From: Occultella glacieicola
Lineage (GTDB): Bacteria; Actinomycetota; Actinomycetes; Actinomycetales; Beutenbergiaceae
Assembly (NCBI RefSeq): GCF_004353825.1
Contig: NZ_SMNA01000003.1
Span: 434,001 to 498,000 of the forward strand
Direction: 5' to 3'
DNA: 64,000 nucleotides
Shown: piece by piece, positions 21,481 through 32,300 of the stretch
Layout of the letters: each line of letters begins with the position of its first letter
Numbering within the stretch: position 1 is the stretch's first letter
The notes under the pieces: generated by a model
Told to the model about the DNA's origin: nothing
Database searches by the model: none
What the model saw: the letters and a program-made list of their open reading frames with translations, nothing else
Translations under genes and position numbers: made by a program

Positions 21481-21544
21481 CGGACCAGATTGGTCCGCTG
21501 CCACCGCGAAGACTTGTACGATGAGTTCGCGATTTGTAGGACGA
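21481..21544 (+). promoter_or_regulatory. Candidate operator region of the dehydratase-FadR pair
   Basis: Palindrome CGGACCA-GAT-TGGTCCG (21481-21497); related TTGTACGATGA (21514) and TTGTAGGACGA (21534). Confidence 0.35.
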
Positions 21545-21590
21545 TAAGGGATGTTCGCCCCCCACCACGTAGACGAGGAATACCATCGCC

Positions 21591-22796
21591 ATGGATCAGA
21601 GGCTGCGCTCGAGCGCAGAGGGGGTCGCAGTCGTGACCCCAGCCGCCGTGCCGGAACGGACCGGAGCGAACGAGCCGGGTGAGCGTATCGAATGGATCGG
21701 GCTCTCCTCCGTCCGACTTCCGCTGGCGCAGGCCATCAGCGACGCGAAGGTGTTCACGGGCCGTCAGCGGCCGATGACCGAGGTCATGATGCTGTTCGCG
21801 CAGATCCGCAGCAGTTCGGGCCTTGAAGGCGTGGGCTTCAGTTACTCCAAGCGCGCCGGCGGCCCCGCGCAGTACGCACACGCCCGGGAGGTCGCCGGCG
21901 GGTTGCTCGGTGAGGACCCCAGCGACATCGGCCGCTTGTACGACGCCTTGCTCTGGGCCGGCGCCTCGGTGGGACGGAGCGGGATCGCCACGCAGGCAAT
22001 CGCCGCCCTCGACGTCGCGTTGTGGGATCTCAAGGCCAAGCGCGCGACCTTGCCCCTGGCCAAACTCCTGGGCTCCTACCGCAACTCCGTGCGCACCTAC
22101 AACACCTCGGGGGGATTCCTGCACAGTTCCCTGGCCGAGGTCCAGGAGAACGCGGCACGCTCGCTCGGTGAGGGCATCGGCGGCATCAAGCTGAAGGTGG
22201 GCCTGCCGGACACCCACGAAGATCTACGTCGGGTGCGGGCGATCCGTGAGTACCTCCCGGACACGCCCCTGATGGTCGACGCGAACCAGCAGTGGGACCG
22301 GACCACGGCGCTGCGGATGGGGCGGGCGTTGGAGGAGTTCTCGCTCACCTGGATCGAGGAGCCGTTGGATGCCTACGACGCGGAGGGACACGCGGCCCTC
22401 GCGGCGGCGCTGGACACCCCCATCGCCACCGGGGAGATGCTCTCCAGCGTTGCAGAGCACCGCGCACTGATCGATGCCCGCGCCTGCGACATCCTCCAGC
22501 CGGATGCACCGCGCGTCGGTGGGATCACCCCATTCCTGCGCCTGGCCACACTCGCGGACGTCAGCGCGCTCGACCTGGCACCCCACTTCGCCATGGAGAT
22601 CCACCTCCACCTCGCCGCCGCCTACCCGCGCGAACCCTGGGTCGAGCACTTCGAGTGGCTGGACCCGCTGTTCAACGAGCGGCTCGAGATCCGCGACGGA
22701 CGCATGCTCGTGCCGGATCGACCCGGTCTCGGCATCACCCTCAGCGACCAGGCTCGCGCCTGGACCGTCGAGGCCACCGAGCTCGGCGGTCGGTAG
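21591..22796 (+). CDS. L-talarate/galactarate dehydratase-like enzyme (mandelate racemase subgroup, enolase superfamily)
   Basis: SDAKVFTGRQRP, GFSYSKRAGG, WAGASVGRSG, NTSGGFL, GIKLKVG (KxK), MVDANQ, WIEEP, TGEML, APHFAMEIH, VEHFEWL. Start may be GTG 21633. Confidence 0.85.
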   Translation: MDQRLRSSAEGVAVVTPAAVPERTGANEPGERIEWIGLSSVRLPLAQAISDAKVFTGRQRPMTEVMMLFAQIRSSSGLEGVGFSYSKRAGGPAQYAHAREVAGGLLGEDPSDIGRLYDALLWAGASVGRSGIATQAIAALDVALWDLKAKRATLPLAKLLGSYRNSVRTYNTSGGFLHSSLAEVQENAARSLGEGIGGIKLKVGLPDTHEDLRRVRAIREYLPDTPLMVDANQQWDRTTALRMGRALEEFSLTWIEEPLDAYDAEGHAALAAALDTPIATGEMLSSVAEHRALIDARACDILQPDAPRVGGITPFLRLATLADVSALDLAPHFAMEIHLHLAAAYPREPWVEHFEWLDPLFNERLEIRDGRMLVPDRPGLGITLSDQARAWTVEATELGGR

Positions 22797-22807
22797 GGTC
22801 CGGCTGC

Positions 22808-23518
22808 ATGGAGCCGCAACCCCTCAACCGGGAGAGCCCGCGTGGGCTGAGCCACGAACTGGTACTGCGGCTGACCGAACTGATCCAGGACGGCACGATT
22901 CGCCGCGGTGAGAAGCTGCCCACCGAGAGCGCGATGATGGAGACCTACAAGGTCAGCCGGACCGTCGTGCGTGAGGCGATGTCGCAACTACAGGCGGCCG
23001 GTCTGGTGGAGACCCAGCAGGGCCGTGGCTCGTTCGTCCTGAACGTGCCGAGCCAGGGACAGTTCGCGATCGACGCCCCGGGAGTCCGCACGTTCGATGA
23101 CGTCTGGGACATGCTCGACTTCCGGCTCGGCGTCGAGTCCGAGGCGGCCGCCCTCGCGGCGACCCGTCGCACCGATCAACAACTGGCCGAGTTGGAGCGC
23201 CTGACCCGCACGTTCCTGGAGTGCGAGGCCCGCCCGAGCGAGGCGGTCGAGGCCGATTTCGCACTCCACATGGCCATCGCCCGCGCCGCACAGAACCGGC
23301 ACTACATCGCCCTGCTGAAGTCGATGGGCCCGATGATGATCGTGATGCCGAAGTTCCGGCTCCTGACCGGTGCGCAAGCCCACCGCACGAACAACGTGCG
23401 TCTGGCCGCCGTCGAGCATGACTCGATCGTCCAGGCGATCGCCCGCCAGGAACCGGAGACGGCGCGGGCCGCCATCCGGCTGCACCTGTCCAACTCGCGC
23501 GCCCGGCTCCAGGGCTGA
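22808..23518 (+). CDS. FadR/GntR-family transcriptional regulator
   Basis: GEKLPTE...YKVSRTVVREA...GRGSFV HTH and FCD domain (DFALHMAIA..AQN, EHDSIVQAI). Confidence 0.92.
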   Translation: MEPQPLNRESPRGLSHELVLRLTELIQDGTIRRGEKLPTESAMMETYKVSRTVVREAMSQLQAAGLVETQQGRGSFVLNVPSQGQFAIDAPGVRTFDDVWDMLDFRLGVESEAAALAATRRTDQQLAELERLTRTFLECEARPSEAVEADFALHMAIARAAQNRHYIALLKSMGPMMIVMPKFRLLTGAQAHRTNNVRLAAVEHDSIVQAIARQEPETARAAIRLHLSNSRARLQG

Positions 23519-23664
23519 GCGGACCCGGAGGCGGGCACGCTCACCCCACGCGATGACCCGCCCGATGCAGCAGGAGGCAGCCGACTCCACGCGCTCGCGG
23601 CCGCGGCCGGCGTCCGCTCTTCACCGACGCCCTCCCCTACGCCGCGGGAGACCGGCCGGCCCCC

Positions 23665-24660
23665 TCAGGCGGCCATCGCGACGGTGTCCTCGGCGTGCTC
23701 GGCCCGCACGTCACCGGTCTCGCCGTCCCGCACGGCGATCCGGCCGAGGAGGATCGTGTACGCCCAGTAGGCGGCGAGCACGAGCGCCCCGATCGTGATC
23801 TTGACGCCCGTGGGCAGGGTCGACGGCGTCACGAACCCCTCGACGACGCCGCTCACCGCGAGCACGAACACCAGGCCGATGGCCACCGTGAACAGGGCCC
23901 GGCCCTCCTCCGCGAGCGCCCGGGTCCGGGTCCGCTGCCCCGGCGCGACCAGAGTCCAGAAGAGCTTGAAGCCGGCCCCGCAGGCGATGAAGATCGCGGT
24001 CAGCTCCATGAGCCCGTGCGGCAGGATCAGCGCGAAGAACAGGTCGAGCAGGCCGAACTCGGCCATCACGGCGGCCGCGGAGCCGATGGCGGCCGCGTTC
24101 GAGACGAGGATCTGGACCGGGAAGTACCCGGTGATGCCCAGCCCGATGGCCCTGGCCGCGATCCAGGCGTTGTTCGTCCACACCTGTGCGGCGAAGTCGG
24201 GGGCGGGGTTGTTGGAGTAGTAGGCCTCGAAGAGCTGCTCGGCATAGATCTGACGCTGGCTCGGGCTCCCGAACGCGGCCAGGGCCTCCGGGCTGTTGTA
24301 GGTGAAGATCCCGTTGCCCACCGCGACCAGGATGAACAGCACCATCATCGCGACCGTCCACCAGCGAACCCGGTAGAACGCGGCCGGAACGGAGATCAGG
24401 ACGAACCGTTGCAGGTCCGCCAGGGCCGGCTCGTGCGCGCCGGCGATGTGCCCGCGGGCGCGGGCGAGGGTCCCGGAGAGCCGTGACACCAGGCTCGGAT
24501 CCGGCGCCGACGTGCGTACCTGGGACAGGTGCGTGGCGGTGCTCTGGTACAGGTTGACGAGTTCGTCGCTCTCGGCTCCGGTGAGCCGGCGCTGCCTGAC
24601 GAGCGCGTCGAGCCGCTCCCACCGGGGTGAGTTCACCGCGACGAACGCATCCACATCCAC
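23665..24660 (-). CDS. SpoIIM/DUF95-like membrane protein
   Basis: MDVDAFV...RWERL, YQSTATHLS, VWTNN, ILPHGLMELTAIF, SGVVEGFVTPS. Confidence 0.88.
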   Translation of the reverse strand: MDVDAFVAVNSPRWERLDALVRQRRLTGAESDELVNLYQSTATHLSQVRTSAPDPSLVSRLSGTLARARGHIAGAHEPALADLQRFVLISVPAAFYRVRWWTVAMMVLFILVAVGNGIFTYNSPEALAAFGSPSQRQIYAEQLFEAYYSNNPAPDFAAQVWTNNAWIAARAIGLGITGYFPVQILVSNAAAIGSAAAVMAEFGLLDLFFALILPHGLMELTAIFIACGAGFKLFWTLVAPGQRTRTRALAEEGRALFTVAIGLVFVLAVSGVVEGFVTPSTLPTGVKITIGALVLAAYWAYTILLGRIAVRDGETGDVRAEHAEDTVAMAA

Positions 24661-24679
24661 GACCGATACCCTGCCATAC

Positions 24680-25714
24680 ATGTCCTCCGTCGCGCCCAGC
24701 CCGTACGCGCCACCGCCGTCGGACGGTCAGGGGCGACCGGGTGGCGGGCGTACGGCCGGCCGGCCGGACCCGTACGCGACACCACTCCAGCGCGGCAACC
24801 ACCCGCCCAAGCAGGTGCCACCGCCGCGGCGCGGCGGCGCCCCCGCCCCGAGCACCCCGGTACCGCAGCCGTCGTCGTCGAACCCGGCGACGCCGTCGGG
24901 CAATCCTGCCGACCTGATCATCACCGGCGAGGCGGTCGCTCTCGACCTGCGGCCCGCCGGGCTGATGTCCCGGATCGGCTCCGGCGTCATCGACCTGGCC
25001 GTCTACGGGATCATCGGCGTCGCCATCGTCCTGCTCAGCCTGCGGTTCATCGTGAACGACTCCCAGGCGGGTGTGCTGATCGTCTCCACCATGGCCGTGA
25101 TGATGGTCATCGTGCCGACGGCGGTGGAGACCGTGACGCGCGGCCTGTCCGCGGGCAAGGTGGCCATGGGGACCCGCGTCGTGCGTGAGGACGGCGGGCC
25201 GGTCCGGTTCCGGCAGTCGTTCGTGCGGGCACTGACCGGGGTCGGCGAGATCTGGTTCTGTTTCGGCAGCATCGCGGTGCTGGTGGCGATCTTCAACAAC
25301 CGCAGCAAGCGCCTCGGCGACTTCCTGGCCGGCACCTACGCGGTCCGCGAGCGCGGCACCGAGCTGGCCGTGGCGCCGCTGCTGATGCCACCTGACCTGG
25401 GCGCGTGGGCCGAGCGCGCGGACCTGCGCCGGCTCCCGGACAACTTGGCCCTGCACGCTCGGGTGTTCCTGTCCCGCACCGGCACCCTCGCCCCGCAGAC
25501 CCGGTTCCAGCTCGGCCGCGCGCTGGCCGCCGCGATCGAGCCGTATGTCTCGCCGCCGCCGCCGTGGGGCACGAACCCGGAGCGGTTCATCGCCGCCGTG
25601 CTCGTGGAGCGTCGCGACCGTGAGTACGCCGCCGGGCTCGAGGGCCAGGCTCGCCGGGCGGACGAGAGCGAGCACATCCGCCGGTTGCCGTACGGCGTCA
25701 CCGACTACGCCTGA
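24680..25714 (+). CDS. RDD-family membrane protein
   Basis: IITGEAVALDL, RIGSGVID, GLSAGK...RVVREDG, KRLGDFLAGT; TACCCT 7 nt before the ATG. Confidence 0.88.
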   Translation: MSSVAPSPYAPPPSDGQGRPGGGRTAGRPDPYATPLQRGNHPPKQVPPPRRGGAPAPSTPVPQPSSSNPATPSGNPADLIITGEAVALDLRPAGLMSRIGSGVIDLAVYGIIGVAIVLLSLRFIVNDSQAGVLIVSTMAVMMVIVPTAVETVTRGLSAGKVAMGTRVVREDGGPVRFRQSFVRALTGVGEIWFCFGSIAVLVAIFNNRSKRLGDFLAGTYAVRERGTELAVAPLLMPPDLGAWAERADLRRLPDNLALHARVFLSRTGTLAPQTRFQLGRALAAAIEPYVSPPPPWGTNPERFIAAVLVERRDREYAAGLEGQARRADESEHIRRLPYGVTDYA

Positions 25715-25743
25715 AGCCTTCGCGGCAGGGCGGGTCCGGTGCC

Positions 25744-27027
25744 TCAGTCCTGCTCGGGTGCCGGCTCGCCTCGCGCCTCATGCACCCGGCCACGCCAGAG
25801 GAGCAGCATGGCGCCGAGGACGGCCGCGACGAGGGACGCCGCCAGGACCGCGATCTTCGCGTGCTCGTCCTCCGGGGCCCCGACCCCGAACGCGAGTTCG
25901 GCGACCAGCAGGGACACCGTGAACCCGATGCCGGCGAGCACGCCGACACCGAGCACGTCCGCCCAGCCGAGCCCGGGTGCGAGGTTCACATGCCGGAACC
26001 GGGAGATCAGCCAGGTGGCCGCGGTGATCCCGATCGGCTTGCCGAGCACGAGCCCGAGCGCGACACCCTGTGCCACCGGGTCCCGCAGGGCCTCGCCGAG
26101 CGACGTGGGGTCGACGGCAACACCGGCGGTGAAGAGCGCGAAGACGGGCACCGCGAACCCGGCCGAGAACGGCCGCCAGCGGTACTCGAAGACCTCCGCC
26201 ATCGAGGCACCCTCGCGCAGGTTCGCCGGCCGGCGCGCGGAGGCCTTGCCCTTCAGGGGCAGCGCCGGCACCACCATGCCGAGCGCGACCCCGGCGATCG
26301 TGGCGTGGATCCCGGAGGAGTGCATGAACACCCAGGTGGCCACGCCCAGCGGGATCAGCAGGTACCAGGACGTGATCCCACGGCGCAGCAGCAGCGCGAA
26401 GACGAGCACACAGGCGGCCGCGGCAGCGAGCCAGGCCAGGGTCAGCCCGTCGGTGTAGGCGACGGCGATGATCAGGATGGCGAGGAGGTCGTCGACCACG
26501 GCGAGCGTGAGCAGGAAGGCGCGCAACGCCGTCGGGAGCCTGCGGCCGACGATCGAGAGGATGGCGACGGCGAACGCGATGTCGGTCGCGGTCGGGATCG
26601 CCCAGCCGTGGGGAGACCCAGCCTCGGAGGTCAGGTTGATGGCCAGGTAGATCGCGGCGGGTACGGCCATGCCGCCCACGGCGGCCGCCACCGGCACGAT
26701 CGCGGTGGACAGGCGCCGCAGCTCGCCGGTCACGATCTCGCGCTTGAGCTCCAGCCCGACCACGAAGAAGAAGAACGCGAGCAACCCGTCGGCGGCCCAT
26801 TGGCCCACCGTCAGATCCAGGTGCCAGGCGTCGATGCCGAACCGGAAGTCGCGGATCATCTCGTAGCTCGCGCTCCACGGCGAGTTCGCCCAGATCAGCG
26901 CGATCACGGCGCCGACGATCAGCAGGATCCCGCCGATCGCCTCCCCGCGCAGGGTGTCGAGGTAGTTGCGCAGCCCACCCTCGGTCAGTCCGCTGAACAA
27001 CGGCTGAGACGGTTCGTTATGGCTCAC
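25744..27027 (-). CDS. nhaA: Na+(Li+)/H+ antiporter NhaA
   Basis: WANSP, DGLLAFFFFVVGLELKRE, GWAIPTATDIAFA, LAVVDDL, GIHATIAGV, GIGFTVSL. AGGAG spacing favours GTG 27027 over ATG 27033. Confidence 0.95.
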   Translation of the reverse strand: MSHNEPSQPLFSGLTEGGLRNYLDTLRGEAIGGILLIVGAVIALIWANSPWSASYEMIRDFRFGIDAWHLDLTVGQWAADGLLAFFFFVVGLELKREIVTGELRRLSTAIVPVAAAVGGMAVPAAIYLAINLTSEAGSPHGWAIPTATDIAFAVAILSIVGRRLPTALRAFLLTLAVVDDLLAILIIAVAYTDGLTLAWLAAAAACVLVFALLLRRGITSWYLLIPLGVATWVFMHSSGIHATIAGVALGMVVPALPLKGKASARRPANLREGASMAEVFEYRWRPFSAGFAVPVFALFTAGVAVDPTSLGEALRDPVAQGVALGLVLGKPIGITAATWLISRFRHVNLAPGLGWADVLGVGVLAGIGFTVSLLVAELAFGVGAPEDEHAKIAVLAASLVAAVLGAMLLLWRGRVHEARGEPAPEQD

Positions 27028-27120
27028 GGGCATGCTCCTGAGGGGTCGGTGATAGGGGCCGCCGACCAGACTTCCCGGCACACCGTGGCAGCCCGGAGGT
27101 CCGGGCTGCCACACACCCTA
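27028..27120 (-). promoter_or_regulatory. Structured nhaA 5' leader; candidate cation-sensing riboswitch
   Basis: TAGGGT -10 (27115-27120), 12-bp hairpin (27085-27112), then CGGUGUGCCGGGAAGUCUGGUCGGC with alternative pairings to CACCGACC just before the RBS. Confidence 0.5.
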
Positions 27121-27138
27121 CTGGTGGAACGGTGAGGC

Positions 27139-28614
<1,476 letters not shown>

Positions 28615-28706
28615 GATCGGCATGCTATCCGCGCCCGCGGCCCGCCCGTGATCGAATCGGCCCGGTTCTCTCCCGCGGGCCGGCCGAGTAGGCAAGACTG
28701 GCGTCC

Positions 28707-29597
28707 ATGCGTGGCATCATCCTCGCCGGTGGGTCCGGCACCCGCTTGCACCCGATCACCCTCGGGTCGAGCAAGCAGCTCCTGCCGGTCTATGACAAGC
28801 CGATGATTTACTACCCGCTGTCCACGCTGATGCTGGCCGGGATCCGGGACGTGCTGGTGATCACCACCCCGCACGATGCCGAGCAGTTCCATCGCCTCCT
28901 CGGCGACGGCTCGCAGTTCGGGATCTCGATCTCCTACGCGGTCCAGGAAGTCCCGAACGGGCTCGCCCAGGCGTTCGTGCTCGGTGCGGACTTCGTCGGC
29001 ACCGACTCGGTGGCGCTGGTGCTCGGGGACAACATCTTCTACGGTCCGGGCCTCGGCATCACCCTGGGCCGGTTCCGTCAGATCGACGGCGGCGCCGTCT
29101 TCGCGTATCGCGTCTCGGACCCGACGGCGTACGGCGTCGTCGAGTTCGACGGAGACGGTCGTGCGCTCTCTCTGCAGGAGAAGCCCGAGCGGCCGCGGTC
29201 GAACTACGCGGTCCCGGGCCTGTACTTCTACGACAACGACGTCCTCGAGATCGCCGCCGACCTGGAACCTTCCGCGCGTGGTGAGTATGAGATCACGGAC
29301 GTGAACCGGACGTACCTCGACCAGGGCCGCCTCCAGGTGGAGGTCCTGCCGCGGGGCACGGCCTGGCTGGACACCGGCACGTTCGACTCCCTCCTGGAGG
29401 CATCGGACTTCGTTCGCACGATCGAGCGCCGGCAGGGCTTGAAGATCGGGGCCCCGGAGGAGATCGCCTGGCGCATGGGTTTCCTCGGCGACGACGACCT
29501 GCGTAAACGTGCGGACCCGCTACGGAAGTCCGGCTACGGCGACTATCTCCTCAGCCTCCTCGACATCGCAACCGAGGAGCGCCGCTTGGAGGGGTGA
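28707..29597 (+). CDS. rmlA: Glucose-1-phosphate thymidylyltransferase
   Basis: [56 protein letters not shown]. Confidence 0.97.
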   Translation: MRGIILAGGSGTRLHPITLGSSKQLLPVYDKPMIYYPLSTLMLAGIRDVLVITTPHDAEQFHRLLGDGSQFGISISYAVQEVPNGLAQAFVLGADFVGTDSVALVLGDNIFYGPGLGITLGRFRQIDGGAVFAYRVSDPTAYGVVEFDGDGRALSLQEKPERPRSNYAVPGLYFYDNDVLEIAADLEPSARGEYEITDVNRTYLDQGRLQVEVLPRGTAWLDTGTFDSLLEASDFVRTIERRQGLKIGAPEEIAWRMGFLGDDDLRKRADPLRKSGYGDYLLSLLDIATEERRLEG

Positions 29598-29683
29598 CCG
29601 CCGTCGACCCGGGCGGGCTGGCGCGGTCTCGATAGCATGGCGTGCCGCACCAGCAGCCACCCTCGAACGAGTTGGAGACACCG

Positions 29684-30301
29684 GTGAACCTTCGCGAGTT
29701 GTCCGTGCCCGGAGCGTGGGAGATCACACCGACGCTGATGGGTGACCCGCGTGGTGTCTTCCTGGAGTGGTTCAAGGACGAGCGGTTCGTCGAGACCGTC
29801 GGGCACTCCCTCGACCTCAAACAGGCCAACTGCTCGGTCTCGGCCGCCGGCGTCCTGCGCGGGATCCACTTCGCGGATGTACCACCGTCTCAGGCCAAGT
29901 ACGTCACCTGTGCCCGCGGAGCCGTTCTGGACGTCGTCGTCGACATCCGGGTCGGCTCGCCGACCTTCGGACAATGGGACTCGGTCCTTCTCGACGATGT
30001 GGATCGTCGCGCCATCTACCTAAGCGAGGGCCTCGGCCACGCGTTCCTGTCCCTTGAGGACGACTCCACCGTGCTGTACCTGTGTTCGGCCGGCTATGCA
30101 CCGGGACGCGAACACGGCGTCCATCCGCTCGATCCGGCGATCGGGATCGAGTGGCCCACGACGAGCCGGACCGGCGCGCCACTGACCCCGCTGCTGTCGG
30201 AGAAGGACGCCGCCGCCCCCAGCCTGGCGCAGGCGCAGGCGCGGGGACTCCTGCCCGCCGCTGCGGTCGTCCAGGAGTTCCTCGCGTCCCTGACCACCTG
30301 A
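29684..30301 (+). CDS. rmlC: dTDP-4-dehydrorhamnose 3,5-epimerase
   Basis: DPRGVFLE, GVLRGIHF, QAKYVTC..GAVLDVVVDIRVGSPTFG, GHAF, LSEKD. Confidence 0.95.
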   Translation: MNLRELSVPGAWEITPTLMGDPRGVFLEWFKDERFVETVGHSLDLKQANCSVSAAGVLRGIHFADVPPSQAKYVTCARGAVLDVVVDIRVGSPTFGQWDSVLLDDVDRRAIYLSEGLGHAFLSLEDDSTVLYLCSAGYAPGREHGVHPLDPAIGIEWPTTSRTGAPLTPLLSEKDAAAPSLAQAQARGLLPAAAVVQEFLASLTT

Positions 30302-30302
30302 C

Positions 30303-31211
30303 ATGACGGCGCCGCGGGTGGTGGCGGTCGTCGTCACGTACGAGCCGGAGGCCCGGACGCTGGCCGCCCTGCTCGAACGACTCGAGGAGCAGTGCACCGC
30401 TGTCGTCGTAGTGGACAACGGCTCCGCGATCCAGCCGGCCGACGCCTGCGAGCGGGTCGGTGCCGAGTTGATCGCGCTCCCCACGAACGAGGGGATCGCA
30501 GCCGCCCAGAACCGTGGCATCGCTCGTGCGATCGAACTCGCGGCGGACCATGTCCTCCTCTCGGACCAGGACTCGTTGCCGGCTGACGACATGGTCGGCC
30601 GACTGCTCGACGGCTATGCGAGGGCGGCCGCCGCCGGTCGACCGGTCGCCGGTGTGGGCCCGGTCTCCTCCGACAGTCGCACCACCTCAGGTGAGATGGT
30701 CTACGTCGCCCGCCGATGGGGGCCGAGGCGGGCCGGTCCGGAGGATGTCCGCCCCGACGGGCTCGTCGAGGTGGCGTTCCTGATCGCATCTGGATGCCTC
30801 ATCCCGGCCGCCGCCCTGGAACGCGTCGGCACCATGAACGCCGACTGGTTCATCGACCACATCGACCTCGAGTGGGGGCTGCGGGCAGGTCGGGCCGGGG
30901 ATCGGCTGTTCGCGGTGGCGGCGGCGCGCCTGAGCCACCAGCTCGGCGAGCGGGTGACAAAGATCCCGGGTCGATCGCAACCCGTCCACGTCCAGTCGGC
31001 GCCGCGTACCTACTACATGGCCAGGAACACGGTCCTGCTCCTACGCTCGGGCCTGCTGCGTCCAGCCTGGCGGCTGGGCTACCTCGTCTGGCTAGCGAAG
31101 TACCTCGCGTTCAACGCTGTGTTCGTCGCGCCCCGATGGGAACGGATCCGGCTGATGGCGCACGGGCTCGGCGATGGCTTGCGTGGTGTGACCGGTCCGC
31201 GGCGCGGGTGA
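30303..31211 (+). CDS. GT2 rhamnosyltransferase (RfbF-like)
   Basis: VVVTYEP, VDNGS, NEGIAAAQN.GI, DQDS, LIASG, FIDHIDLEW, YYMARN. Confidence 0.85.
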   Translation: MTAPRVVAVVVTYEPEARTLAALLERLEEQCTAVVVVDNGSAIQPADACERVGAELIALPTNEGIAAAQNRGIARAIELAADHVLLSDQDSLPADDMVGRLLDGYARAAAAGRPVAGVGPVSSDSRTTSGEMVYVARRWGPRRAGPEDVRPDGLVEVAFLIASGCLIPAAALERVGTMNADWFIDHIDLEWGLRAGRAGDRLFAVAAARLSHQLGERVTKIPGRSQPVHVQSAPRTYYMARNTVLLLRSGLLRPAWRLGYLVWLAKYLAFNAVFVAPRWERIRLMAHGLGDGLRGVTGPRRG

Positions 31212-32187
31212 GGCGAGGGAGTCAGGGGTCGAGAGGTCCTCCGGCGGGCGCCCGTATTGGATGACCTTGAGCCGCTCCAGTGTCTCCTCGAGGAGAACCC
31301 GATTCGTCCGCTGCAGGTCCGCGATGACCAGCAGCGCGAAGCAGAGCAGGCCGCCGACCAGCATCGCCGAGCCGAAGATCAGCGACTGGACGTGCCCGCC
31401 GCCCTCGCCCTGGATCAGGAACACGAGATAGCGGGCGAACGGGATGATTGCCGCCAGCAGCAGGATCGCGCCGAGCGTTCCGAGGACGACATACGGCTTG
31501 AACATAAGGTACGAGCGAATGATCGCCGTCGCGGACTTGACCATGTGCTGACCGATGTTCTTGAACAGCCGGGACTCGCGCGTCTTCGGGTTCGTCGTGA
31601 TCGGCAGGCTCTCGATCCGCAGGCGCTTGTTGCCGGCCTGGATGATGGTCTCCATGCAATAACTGAACTGGGTGACGATGTTCAGCCGGAGCAGCGCGCC
31701 CTTCGAGTAGGCCCGGAACCCGCTCGCCGCATCGGGCAGCTCGGTGCCCGCTGCATAGTTCACCGCCCTCGAACCGACCCGTTGCATCAACTTCTTGAAC
31801 GGCGAGAAGTGGGCGATCTTCGAGGTCTGTCGGTCGGCTATGACGACGTCCGCCGAACCTCGGACGATCGGCTCGACCAGGTCGGCGATCCTCTCCTGCG
31901 GGTACTGGTTGTCGCCGTCGGTGTTCACCACGATGTCCGCGCCGTGCGCGAGCGCGTAGTCGACGCCATCCCGGAACGAGCGGGCCAGCCCCATGGTGCG
32001 CGGGTGCCGGACGACATGCACGACGCCCGTGTGCCCGAGCCACCTCGACCGTCCGGTCGGTCGAGCCGTCGTCGATGATGAGGATCTCGATGCTCTCGAC
32101 CCCGGGGATCTGCCGCGGGATCGACGAAAGCACGAGCGGCAGGGTCTCCTCCTCGTTGAGGCAGGGCACCTGGACGAACAGCTTCAT
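31092..32187 (-). pseudogene. GT2 polyprenol-phosphate glycosyltransferase-like gene with a +1 frameshift at ~32027
   Basis: N-terminus (VQVPCLNEEETL...IIDDGSTD) and remainder (GLARSF...NTDGDNQY...DAASGFRAY, two C-terminal TMs) lie in different frames; removing one G from CAC GGG CGT C restores HGVVHVVRH. Confidence 0.8.
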
Positions 32188-32300
32188 GATCCACCTCTGG
32201 GCGCGGGCTCGCTCAGTCTACAAGCGGCTACACCCGATTGGTGCTTGAGGCGCGGCGGCGGTCGCTCAGCGCGGATGGGCCGGGGCTGTAACCTCGGGCC

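Noticed and set aside
28615..28706. SAH riboswitch upstream of ahcY
   Set aside because: Only 92 bp shared with divergent rmlA, ahcY looks leaderless, and no recognisable consensus is present.
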